From contig OZ025648.1 of the NCBI GenBank assembly GCA_964019335.1, positions 1-64,000 on the forward strand: DNA of 64,000 bases, written 5' to 3'. Shown piece after piece: positions 44,701 to 55,919 of the stretch. The notes under the pieces are model-generated. The model had not been told where the DNA came from. It did no database searches and worked only from the letters and a program-made list of their open reading frames with translations. Source of the stretch: Diplonema japonicum (taxonomy: Eukaryota > Protista > Euglenozoa: Diplonemea). The first letter of the stretch is position 1. Every line of letters starts with the position of its first letter. A program made the position numbers and the translations under genes.

Positions 44701-46806
44701 TGCCTCCTCAGAGAGCCCTCGTCTCACTAAGATAAGGTCGATGTTTGCAGCGTCCTCGGGTTGATACTTCAAAAACATGTTAAGGAGGTCCTGCCTCTTC
44801 GCGTTGTACGCCATGCTTTGGCCTAGAGATGTGTCGGCCTCATCTTGTATCCTCACGTCAAACTCCTCACTAGGGCAGGACACCCTCTCGTCACTGGGGC
44901 ATGACACACACAATTTTACCTCGGGTGCAATCTGCTCGTGCTCCCTAGGGGAAATGGTTCCATGGCTGGAAACAATAGACACCTTGCTCATGAGGGGGCC
45001 CAGCTGTACCTCCTCTTCAGGTGCCATGTGGGGCACCATGGACGGCTCAGTCGACGAAGACGACTCAGACGTGCCCATGGAGGGGATGCTGCGCATGTAG
45101 GCGTCTATGGGAGGTATCTTCTCCCTCTCACGTACCACACGTTTGATGTCTCTGTTCTTCACAGAGGCTGTGAAGTCCACGGACGGCTTCCTCTCGCTGG
45201 GTGACGCAGGCCGTGAGCCCATTAGACTGCTTGCCTTCGGATTTCCATCAATAAGCCTAGCCCTGAGGTTCCAACACGTCTCCTTAGTCTTTGTATTCCA
45301 GTAGTACTGCTTTCCTGAGCGGGGGTCTGTCTTTGCTTTCCAAGCACCCGATGCCAGAGCCTGCTCTACCACATCTTGTGGCTTTTTTAGTATGTCTATC
45401 GCCTCCTGTAAGCGCTTCCTCTCTCCCTCTTCTTCCAAGTACTCGGCAGTCCTGTTTGCTATACGGTACTCGCCGTCCTCGTCCTCACTCCGCAGTGTCA
45501 TATCACTCTTCTCCCGCCTGATGCCGAGCGAGCCTCGCCGTTCGAGCAGCGCCGCCTCACTAAGGATCGGCTTCCGAGGTGAACGTTGCTGGGTGTCAAG
45601 GTACCGCCCTTCTTCCAAAATGGGCCTTTGGCGTTCTTTTCCATTAGGGCCTTCGTTCTCTTTCTTCTGCTCTTCTTTTGCCATTACTGCCTTGTGTGCT
45701 TCTTCATCAGCCTTGGCTTTCTCGGTTCTTTTTCTCTCCTCTTCTGCTCTTTCAATTTCCATCCTACTTTCTTCCTTGGCAAGTGCCTCTTCAGTCTTCT
45801 TTGCTTCTCTCTCAGCTTTCTCTTTCTCCTCCTCCGCTTTTATCCGCTCCTGCTCGGCCCTTACCTCTTCCGCTTTCTTTTCTTCTTCTGCCTCCCTTTC
45901 TCTTCTTGCTTCTTCTACAGCAGCTTCTTTCCTTGCTTCCTCTGCCAGTTTTGCAGCTTCTTCTTCTGCTTTTTCCTCCGCTATTTTAGCTTCCCCAGCC
46001 AATCTTGCTTCTTCTGCTATTTTAGCTTCTTCCGCTTCTTTAGCTTCTTGTGCTATTTTGGCTTCTTGTGCCATCTTAGCTTCTTCCGCTTCTTTGGCTT
46101 CTTGAGCTTTTTTAGCTTCCTGTGCTTTTTTGGCTTCTTCTTCCCTTTTGGCTTCTAGCCTAGCCTCCTCAGCTTGTGCTTGTCTAGCCTCTTCCGCTTT
46201 ACGTGTCTCTTCTCGCTTTCGTTCTTCTTCTTTGCGCTCGTTCTCACGCTGCTCTTCCTGCCTCTTTTGTTCTTCTTCTTGCTGTTTCCTTTCCTTCTCT
46301 TCTGCCCTTCGCTCTTCCTCTTTTTCTTTCTCTTCTTCACGTTTCTTATCTTGGTCAGGCTCCCGAGCCTCTTGTACCAGAGGCTGATATGTACTTTGGA
46401 TATTGTGCTTCGTCTCAAGCTTGCTCAGGAAGTCAGAAAGCTGCTTCATGGCATCGGGTTTAGGGGCTAGCTTCTTCAGGATGGCCTCAAAGGACGCTAT
46501 TTTCTTCGGAGTTTCGTGCTCCTGCAAGATGCTTTTGATATGGTTTATAAGGTGCTCTTTCTCGTTCAGTTCGCCAGTGCTGGTGTCCCTGGGTGTCGTA
46601 GGGGCACTACTGGCAGCTCCCACGCTCAACGTCTCCTGCTTGTTCCCGTCATCTAACTTCGCAGCCTTCTTCCGAAGCCCCGCGAGCAGCTCATCCTCCT
46701 TTCCCTTTTCGCGTGATTTCTTCAGCAAGGTGTCGCACTGCCCTACGGCAGACGGCTTCACCTTCTTCAGAAGTTCATACAACTCATCGCGCACCGGGTC
46801 CGCCAT
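41747..46806 (-). CDS. Large scaffold protein: E/K/A-rich single-alpha-helix region, WW domain, YNP-type modules, CxxC pair, C-terminal SAM domain; about 6 introns
   Basis: WKAKTDPRSGKQYYWNTKTKETCW (WW) and VVKWLDMIGFTDYKTQF...SGGKLLRL (SAM). ORFs 44527-46806, 43958-44452, 43463-43672 and 41747-43444 splice in frame. Confidence 0.75.
45975..46145 (-). repeat. Coding 18-bp minisatellite encoding (E/Q)EAKxA, about 9 copies
   Basis: EEAKKA QEAKKA QEAKEA EEAKMA QEAKIA QEAKEA EEAKIA in the 44527-46806 ORF. Confidence 0.85.
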
Positions 46807-46891
46807 GCCATGCTACCTGTGTGTGCTTTACTGGGCATTGTCAAAACAAGAGACACTACACTCGAAAGACAGTATTATTGCTACAGTTAAC

Positions 46892-49800
46892 CTAGGCAAG
46901 CCCTAGCTCAGATGACACCAAACGAAGCACTGTTCGCAGTGCCTCCGTCAGCTCTTCATCGTGGCATGTCACAAACTCGGTAAGAACGGGGAAAAGGCGT
47001 ACGGAAAGGCCACGAGGGCCGTATGCTGCAGGGCACGTAGTGCGGAGGGAGGGGGGGTCTCGCATAGTGTCGAACAGCACAGGGGGAAACTCGCTTCTGG
47101 CAAGCCTTCCAAACACTGACAGAACCTCATCATGTCTGTGCTGGGGAAGAGGACACCTGCCTTGTGACTTGTAGTCAGTCAGGTACAGCTTGAGGATTTC
47201 TTTGCACCTGAGTGCGACGACAGGCATGGCAGCACGTCCTATTTGGATCCCAACATCTCCGTCAGCTTCGCACATGCCGAACATGATCTGCATCGCCGTT
47301 TCTAGAGACAGTGAAGTGAAGTACGCATATAACATACCTGACAAAAGCCTCTTTGTCTGTTGTCTGCTGCACCAGCAGATGCTCTCGATGATCTCTTGCT
47401 GCACATTAGCCACCTTGTGGCGCACAGTACATGGCAGCAACACTGTGTTCACGAAGGACAACACTTCCATGTCGCAGCCCTCAGCATGGTCTTGCTGAGG
47501 ATGCTCCGCATACGCTTGCGAAGGTGGCGCGGCTTGTACGGCTTTTGAATGGGTAACTTGATATCGTGAAGCATACCATCAATTAAGAGATACCCCTTCA
47601 ACATCGCGACTATCTTCTGCCACATGGCTTCCGTAGCTGCAAGATATGCTGCTATGTTTTGGGCATACCAAGGTCCTCCGTTTTGAAAGTATCAAGTGCC
47701 GCCTGGAAAATGCTTGGCATGACTTCAACTGCTATTTTCCACATCTCATATTTCCGAGGCATGAAGTGCCTTGTAAGCAGAATGGATCCAACCGCCTTTA
47801 GAAATGTATATGAAAACCCCTTGAGCATACCCGCACAATGGTGTCGAACGTATTCCTTTTCACATCGTCCTGCAGATCAGTGCTGCAGAACACATCCCTT
47901 AAGATACCAAGCACCCGCTCACACATCTGTGCTTCACCGTGCACCAACAGCTTAGGGATAGACTCAGGGTCTGCTGAACAACTCCTGAGAAGGTCAGATG
48001 AGGGAAGGAAGGAGCACAACAGTGCAACAAGCCTTGTCTTGAGTATGATGTCATTCGTGGGTACAGGCTGGACCTTGATGCACTTCAAAACACTCTGCTG
48101 CAGTTTCGAAGGAAATGCCACTGTATCATAGGCAGCTTTTGACTTCATCAGCTTTTCAAGGAGGGCCAGAACCTTATCTCCTTGCTTTTCCATGTACTCT
48201 CGCAATCTGATGTTGTTCTGCTGGTATGCCATTCCGCACAAGTCGGCCAAGCCTTCGGCCAAGGTGCTCATAACAACTGTGATCAGAGGGGACCCATCAC
48301 CACTTGTGTCTGCAATCCTCTCCCAAGTGCTCCATGCCACCTCCCACAGCATAACGGCGTGCTCCTCCTTCGCAGTGTTTGAAATGTCTACCAAAAGGAA
48401 CTGAAGGGACTTCAGTCCAACAGTTGCCACTTCCTCCGTGGAGTGAAGGCTGGCGTTGGCAAGGTGAACTGCCATCCTGTTCAACACCTCACTAAACCTC
48501 GTGACGCACGTCGATATCACAGGATAGAAGACTCTTATCAGTCGCGACACGCCGTCTAGCACAGTGCAGCGTGTCTCGTACCTGTGTGCGGTGGTTATAA
48601 CCTGCTTTTTGACATACCATTGCTTTGCTGCAGTGTTCCTGGAATGGTGCATGATCAGTCCTTTTTGCGACTGGAGCTCTTGGTTTAATCCCTGTAAGGT
48701 ATACTATGAAGGATGATGAAAGCACACCTGCTGTTCTGCGGCCAACGCCGCAGAGTGAACGTTGTCTAGCACCTTGAGCAGCACGTCCCAGAATAAAGTG
48801 TTCCAGCAAGGTGAAGGAAGACCATTGCCGTGAGTGACAAGGGCTGTGAATAGCGTCTTCATAGCACTGTGGCGCACCTCCGGCCGTGCATCAGAGGCTG
48901 CGTCACGCAGCTGGACAAAGAGCGAGTTCCAGTGAGTGGGAGATGCATGTGAGGGGTGAGAGGAACAGAAGTCAGCAATGGACAGGGTCTGCTGTATTGC
49001 CGACAGGTTGGTGTTGGTCTTATCGGGAATAGCAGTCTGCTGCGAGAACTGCCCGACACACGCAATCAACGCCTGCAGGCCGTCGTGGTCAAGGATGGGC
49101 ATGAAGTCAGAGCACACCAAGACTACCGACTTGAACCCGATGGGCACCTCGGCACCTGTCTGGCTGCTTGAAGACAGGATCGATAGAATCAACCTCCAGC
49201 TGGCAGGTACGAGCTCTTGCCCTGCCCGCTGCATGACCGTGAAGATCAAGTTAAGGCACCCAACAGCTACATCAGGCTTCCCGCTGCTGCGCATAGCACG
49301 CAACACGGCAATGACCTTCGGTTGCATTTCCCAGAACTGATCAGAAGGCGACTCGTCCAGCCAGGATGGTCTTTCCAGAGTAGATGTCGATCTTTGCCTG
49401 TTACCATTGGGCGCTAAAGGTACTGCTGGTGATAAAGGAGGTGACACAACAGGCTGGCGGTACTTCTGCAAGTAGGATAAGATGGTCTGCGAGGCTGCAT
49501 CGACACTTGCCTTCCGTATAGCTTCATTGTCAGATTCCTTCACAAGCCACTCAAAGTGCTCTTGCAATAAGTCCCAGAACACCTGCAACCTCAGCACGTT
49601 CACAACAGCAATGTCGGCAAGCCTCTGGATGGCAAATGATGAAAACACCCCACGCGAACTAGGCGACACAGATTGAGAAGACGTTACCATTTCCGACGAC
49701 AGCCTGCAGAGCGCATGCACCATCGTCAGGAGGGCGTTGTCGTCAAAGTACTTCGTGCCTTCGAAGATCTTCGACAGCAAGCTGCGGATAAGTGCTACCT

Positions 49801-51565
49801 CTGCCTGTTGTTTGATTTATTGCAAGTACTGGGTAGTACCTGTTCGTTGCTGCTGCTTGATAGCAGGATATCAAGCTGCTGGAAGTTCGTCAACAGCAAG
49901 TACCAGCTTGAGTCCAGAACGCCCCCCAGCCCGTTAGCGACGTCGAACAGTACGCGGAGCACCTATCAAGCTCAGTAGAAAAGCAAGACATACCTGCATG
50001 TTCTTCGGCGTTAAGACTCCCTGCTGCGGAAGCGTGTACTTATTCATTGCAGCAATGAAGGAGTCGCGTGCCTTCGCTAGGCCTGCCTTACCGCATGCAT
50101 GCGTGAACTGCTTGAAACAGCGCAGCGTCTCTTCAATAGTCTCTTCGTCTTGACTATTCTCCAGCAGCAAAGTGCATGCAGCGAGCATCTGCTGCCATAT
50201 CGAACTCAGCATGTGCTTAGCAATGTCTTGTTCCCCGATCTCTTCTTCTACATTGTTGTCCACCTCTGCAACGGTAAGGGGCCTGCCCTCCAGTTCTACT
50301 AGCTTGCTAAGAGACTTGCACACGGCAACGATGGTGTCGACCGCCCACACGATGGGCTCACCAGGCTTGATAAGTATCTCTTCATCACTCTTAATGGCAA
50401 GAAGCTTGTGCAGCGTTATCCTCTCACCATTCATGCTAATACTTGCAAAGAGAGCAGGCGGCGCCTTCTTGAAGACGTTGCACACTGCGGTGATGAGCTG
50501 CTGGAAAAGGTTCAGCTGCTTACTGTTGTTGTCAAACCGCATAAACAGCTTTTTCAAGTAATAATAATTCTCTCCGAACTCCCGCCAGCACGTCAGAATA
50601 ACCACTCTGTGCCAAGCAGGGACATCGGGGAACTCCACCGCCTTGATCATCAGGTTGATGAACAGCTCCTGTTGCTTCACAAGGTCGAAAGGGAAGTGCT
50701 GCAACATCACTGTGACTATGCGGTAAATCCTCACTAGCTGCGGGAGGTCGTTAGCCGATTGCATCAACTGTGCCAAGACGAGCGAAAGATCCTCCTTAAT
50801 GAACGTGACGAAGCATGGGATTCCAGCTATGACCTTTGAGTGGTCTTTTACGACACTATAGAGAAGCTCCAGTATGAAGATGCGGGGTACCTCGCCCTGC
50901 AGCTTAATGTAAGATCCCGTCTCGCCTGAGAGCACAGTGCACAGGTCTTTACATAGCAGATTTGCACCCTTGCATGACTTCTCGATATCGTCCTTTTCCT
51001 TTTTAGAAGCCAGCTTGTCAAACAATGCAGTGGTGACCTGACTCAGGGTTGCTGCTGCTGTTGATTGCACGGTGTAATTGCGTTGCTGGTGTAACGAGAA
51101 GCACAAGTTGAAGACAACGGGCATCTGGGCAAGGGATAGCTCGTAGCCACCACTGCTGCTGAACAGGGCCATGATGCACTGCAGGACCTTGAGGTGGATC
51201 GACTCGTCTGCCGCATCACGTAGTTTGGAGAGAGATGTCACGATGTTGGGGATGGCACTTAAAAGCACCAACTCATGTGATGCAAGCTTTTGCAGTGCCC
51301 CTAGAGCCAACGTTACCAACCCTTTGCTCTTGCAGTCGCATGCGATCAAGAGCGGCCGCCACACCTCCTCCAGCGCTTTAAGCAAGTCTAACTCCGACTC
51401 TTTTACATCATCCAAATTACCTAACTTCGACACTGCCCTCTCACAGGCTTCTTTCAATGGGGGGTGCTTCTTCCTCGCCTCTGTCCCGAGCAGCTTCAGC
51501 TCTGGCACCAACAAGGCCTGAAAAAGGCCGATCACAACCTCAGCATTTCGTGGAGAGGCACTCAT
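46892..51565 (-). CDS. MON2: MON2 homolog (Arf-GEF-like endosome/Golgi scaffold), multi-exon
   Basis: L..EARKKHPPLKEACE, LKVLQ, STAAATLSQ, ARDSFI, LTPKNMQ, GFKSVVLVCSDF, NTNLSAI, DARPEVRHSA and RCPLP motifs. Confidence 0.9.
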
Positions 51566-51630
51566 CTTATTAACATTTCATAAGTGCCTGTGAAAGGTAA
51601 GCATCAGAACCCTAATAACGGTCTATTTCA

Positions 51631-51870
51631 TCATGGTGTAATTTTAATATCAGGGCTCAGACTCTTCGCTGCGGCGGTGGCGTCGGAAGCTGAGGCCTCT
51701 GCGGGTAGTGTTGTGTTCTTTGCAGGGATATCTGTATTCGTTAAATGGGGACTACTGTGGACATTAGAGCCGATGTTTCCAGACAGGCTGCCGTATCTGG
51801 ACAGGCCGAGGTGGTGGTTGGGGTTCCCAGTGAGCCCTACCGCTGCGGAAGCAGGATCCCAGACGCCCAT
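51631..51870 (-). CDS. Small hypothetical protein, 79 aa
   Basis: ATG preceded by a polypyrimidine tract and AG acceptor; fills the gap between ARP6 and MON2 on the coding strand. Confidence 0.45.
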   Translation of the reverse strand: MGVWDPASAAVGLTGNPNHHLGLSRYGSLSGNIGSNVHSSPHLTNTDIPAKNTTLPAEASASDATAAAKSLSPDIKITP

Positions 51871-51929
51871 GTCGTAGTGTAACCTTGAAATGCTTGAACA
51901 AAGTTGATGGAAAGAAGAAAGAAAAAGTG

Positions 51930-53192
51930 TCATGGAAACCCCTCCCACATCTCCTCAACGAGCTTCTTCTGCTTTTGCTTAGGCACCGACCACTTCGAGG
52001 CGGCGATAGCAGGAGGGAGGAACGAAGACTTCACAGCTGCTTCCCCGGCGAGCACCGGGAACAACGATATGTCATCAGCAGAGCCTGCAGGGTGCCGTAT
52101 GGTGACAGGAACATGTGATGGTGCATCTTGCCTCAAGGTCTTCAGCACTCTCTCTTTCAAACCTGGGAACTGGATCGATGCTCCAGACAAAATGACATTC
52201 CCCCATAACGCCGGTTGTGCCACCTCAGGGCAGGCCTTGATGCTTGCCATGACCGCTTCACATATGCCACCTTGCCCCGCCTTGCCTCCTGCGCTGCCGA
52301 TGTTTGGTGTCAGAAATAGCTCTGGTGAGGTGAATGCTTCGTTCATTACCCTGATACACTGCCCGGTGTTCTGCTTAAGCATTTCTTTTAGTTTTTCTTC
52401 GGGCACCACGGAGCCTCGGGCATCGTAGGCATCATAGTCTGGCATGCAGTAAACGGTCTTTCTTCTTTTCTTTGCCGCGTGCAACTCCGTCGCGAAGTCC
52501 TCCGAGACATACCCCAGCCTCTCCTTCAGCGCATCGATGACGTAGAACTCAGTCTCCAGGTAGGGGCAACGCTTGGCGATGGCCAGCTGGATGTTGGCTG
52601 TGATGGTGTGCCCGCCAACATCGACCCTACGGTATCCGTTCTTACAGACGGAACCTCCCACGAACGGGACAATGTGTGTTGCAGCTGCACCGATGTCAAC
52701 GACGACACCAGTCATAGGAGGTGACTGCTCTAGGGGGTACTCTCCCTTTTCCGTCACAACAGCCATGTTCTTTCCTTTGGAAAGATACTGATTGAGTAGC
52801 GTCAGCAACTGCGGGATGACAACGGTTACCTCGCTGAACTTGAAGTACTCCAAAGCCAACGATACCAACCCATGCAACGCCTCCGACGTCGCCAGGGGTG
52901 GTGCTGTGACCACCAGCTTTCCGCCTTTGTCGCTGTCTGTGATAATGCGCTCCCAAATCTCAGCCTGCAACGGAATATCCACACAAAACCCCTTCAACAG
53001 CGGTCTGTACCACACTGTCTTCGCGTACCCTCCCTTTCGAAAGTTCTCGTCTATCTCGTAATGTCTGAGCCGCGTATCTTCGTTCTTTTTCTTTTTTACA
53101 ACAATGGCATTCTCACCAAGCCTGCTCCGACCGCCGCTTTTATGGATCTTCAACTTGAATCCATTGTCGATGATCACCCACTTCGGTGTCAT
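51930..53192 (-). CDS. ARP6: Actin-related protein 6-like (SWR1 complex)
   Basis: VIIDNG..K, YRP..KG, LEYFKF, VVDIG..ATHIVPF, RRVDVGG, LKERLGYVSEDF, YCMPDY, NEAFTSPELF.P..IG...GGI.EA and FPGLKER. Confidence 0.82.
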   Translation of the reverse strand: MTPKWVIIDNGFKLKIHKSGGRSRLGENAIVVKKKKNEDTRLRHYEIDENFRKGGYAKTVWYRPLLKGFCVDIPLQAEIWERIITDSDKGGKLVVTAPPLATSEALHGLVSLALEYFKFSEVTVVIPQLLTLLNQYLSKGKNMAVVTEKGEYPLEQSPPMTGVVVDIGAAATHIVPFVGGSVCKNGYRRVDVGGHTITANIQLAIAKRCPYLETEFYVIDALKERLGYVSEDFATELHAAKKRRKTVYCMPDYDAYDARGSVVPEEKLKEMLKQNTGQCIRVMNEAFTSPELFLTPNIGSAGGKAGQGGICEAVMASIKACPEVAQPALWGNVILSGASIQFPGLKERVLKTLRQDAPSHVPVTIRHPAGSADDISLFPVLAGEAAVKSSFLPPAIAASKWSVPKQKQKKLVEEMWEGFP

Positions 53193-53336
53193 GCCCTGCG
53201 ATAGTTAACGAGGGATAAGGGGAAGCTAACATTCATTCTATTTTCTACTTAGAGAAAAATGTATGGAAAAAAAAGAAATACCCCGAAACGTGGCCAGGAA
53301 TTTAGAATGAAAAATGCCTGGGACATCTCTTTGATC

Positions 53337-55011
53337 TCACTTGATCATCTTCTGTGCTGCTTTTGCAATATCAAGGTCGCCGACCTTTGTGCAAACATCT
53401 GATATGTTCTGGAGTGACTGGGCAGTTGCGAGCCGAACATTAGCTTTCTGGAATTTTTTATTTAAATCTATTCTTCTTTTCCCTGAAATTCAAAATTATT
53501 TCACAAACCATGTTGTCAAAAAGTGCAGTGGCAAATAAGTGCCATTTGTCGGAGGCAGTTTGAACTTTGAATGTACAGAGCTCAGTTAGGTGCTGTGCAA
53601 TAAAATATGAATTTAAATCACTGCATACTATATAAGTATCGCTGTTAGCGTTGATGTTCTCCTCGCTCATGGTCGAGTAGACGTTGAGGGCGGCGGAGCT
53701 GTCCTTGAGGAGTAGATGCATTTTCATTAAAATGTTGCAACAATTAACGTCGGGGAGGAGGTCTTTTGATGCCATGTCGTTGATGACGAGAGATGAAGCT
53801 GCCACGTCGCCTGTGTGCATGCACACCTCAAGAAGCGACAACAAGGTGAACTTATCGGCTACCAAACCCGCTTCGCGAGCTTCTCGGTACAACACCATCG
53901 CCGACTCCACGCTGTTGTAAGACTTGATACAAAAGTAAATGCACACCTTTTCGCACTTTTGATCGCTGTGTTGTAGGTCACGAGGTCGGGCTTCACCTTG
54001 TCCTCGACCATGATCTGCAGCAGGTTGCGCGCCCCCTCCTCGTTCTTCATCGTCGCGAAGCAGTTCATCACCACATTGTAGTTGATCACGTTCCCCTTCA
54101 ACCCATTCTGGCGCATCTTCGCCCACACCTCCTGCATATTCTTGAAGTCACCCTTCTTTGCAAACCCCGACATTGCCATCGTGTACGCCTTCGTGTTGGG
54201 GCTTTCTAAAGATTCAAGCAGCTGCAGACCGAAGTCCGGCCTGTTCACTCTGGCTGCAAGGCCAATAGCCTGTGATGCATTGCACGTGGCAGTTGGACAC
54301 ATACCTCAACTTTCTCCGTAAAGCCCATAGAGGGTAGGCAGTCTTTTATACCAGCGACAATAACCGCCCCGAGGTCCTTGTACAACGACATACTACCGCT
54401 TTTGAAACGTGACGCGAGCTTGTGATACTCTGTCACTGCTACTGGCGGTTTGTTGAAGGCTTTTTCATTAGACTTGGTGGCCACCTGTAAGTAGTAAGGT
54501 GCATTGAAGCACATACCCGCGGGGTGATTCCTTGGTAACGCACATCTCCCTTTCTTGTGGAGTCCTCATCTTTCTTGTCTGCGGACGCTTGCACGGGTGG
54601 CGTCTGCTGGGACTGGGACTGAGATTTAGGTTGGGGCTGCGGCTGAGACCGGGGCTGGCGAGACTGGGGCTTCGGTTGGGACTGGGGCTGCGGCTGAGAC
54701 TGGGGCTGGCGAGATTGGGCTGATTGTCCCATCGGTGGCCCATTATACCTCGGTGCCTTCGTTTCGTTCACGTAATCGTCTTCAGCAAACCAATTCCGCG
54801 GCAGTTGTGAGTTGTGTTTGTTCTTCTTATGATGCGGGTTCCTGTGTGATATGTTTCCCCATCCTGCGTTTGCGCTTGTTGCCATGGGCTGCGCCATCTC
54901 ATCATTCTTCTCCCGGTACGCAGGAGGCATGGGCTGGTCACTCAGTAGTGACATAGTACATAATCTTAGTTGAGCCGCAGGGGCGGCCTGCTTCAAGCCT
55001 CGCACAATCAT
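53337..55011 (-). CDS. Pentatricopeptide repeat (PPR) protein with mitochondrial presequence and Q/P/S-rich linker, multi-exon
   Basis: PNTKAYTMAMSGFAKKG, GNVINYNVVMNCFA, KPDLVTYNTAI and LPDVNCCNILM 35-aa repeats. QPQSQP repeats near 54600-54720. Confidence 0.85.
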
Positions 55012-55067
55012 CTTGCCAACCCTGTGGTACGGTGCGTGGAGAACTACGGGAAAAACTATCAACAGTA

Positions 55068-55787
55068 TTACAGATCTACAGGTCTGTGCCATTGCTTGCG
55101 ATCTTCGTTGGCGTACCACAAATCGCCTTGCTCGGATTCGATCTCCGTCCACCCAGCGGGAAGGGGAGTGGAGAAAACTGTGTTTCTTGTGGGTGGGAGA
55201 TAGGAAATACCTGGAGGCGGTTCTGGCCCATAACTGGCAACAAGACGTTCTATCATCGGTTCTTCCTGGTTTACGAAGAGTTTCAATGTGGGGACCACGC
55301 TTGGGAGCTTAGAAGGGTTGTAGTGGCAATAGAACGAATGAAGGCGGTCGCGGTAGTAGGTGAATGCAGCAGGCTCTGACAGGGAAGATATGCACGTCGG
55401 TGGTGGTGATGTAGATGCCGATGTACTTCGCGAAGGGCACTCTGTAGATACTGACATACTACGTGAGGGGCACCTGATGGGGGGCATTGCCCTGCGCCGC
55501 ATCCATGCCTTCATCATCTCCCTTTGCTTCGACTGCGCTGCCCACGCCTGCCACCGATGCATCGCGTTGCTCCGTATCAATACACACGATCTCCCAAGAA
55601 GCTCCTTCACCTTCTGGTTTATCACAACCCATTTCATCCACTTCACAACATGCCTGTAACTCACGCCTCGATCGCTCTCTTTTTGCATCTTCGCCACCTT
55701 TTTACGGCACTGCCTTGTGAACCTAAATATTTCCTGTGCCTCCTTCATGGAGTGCCCTATGGGCGTGCACCCCTGGCACACAGACAT
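55068..55787 (-). CDS. Hypothetical protein with YNP..YGPEP module and C-terminal WW domain
   Basis: YRDRLHSFYCHYNPSKL...LVASYGPEP; PLPAGWTEIESEQGDLWY.......QWHRP. Confidence 0.78.
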   Translation of the reverse strand: MSVCQGCTPIGHSMKEAQEIFRFTRQCRKKVAKMQKESDRGVSYRHVVKWMKWVVINQKVKELLGRSCVLIRSNAMHRWQAWAAQSKQREMMKAWMRRRAMPPIRCPSRSMSVSTECPSRSTSASTSPPPTCISSLSEPAAFTYYRDRLHSFYCHYNPSKLPSVVPTLKLFVNQEEPMIERLVASYGPEPPPGISYLPPTRNTVFSTPLPAGWTEIESEQGDLWYANEDRKQWHRPVDL

Positions 55788-55919
55788 TTTACCTCATTCT
55801 GATTGTTTAACGAGAAATAGCAACTAACCGAAGAAAGCAATTGTTGTACGGACAATCTTTGGTCTAACAAAAGGCGTCAAATGCCGTGTTTTCTAACAAC
55901 ATGAAAGGAATACAGTACT

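Noticed and set aside
45392-46906. Long plus-strand S/F/L-rich ORFs, and other plus-strand ORFs across the window
   Set aside because: Antisense shadows of E/K/A-rich or GC3-rich minus-strand genes; no domain signatures.
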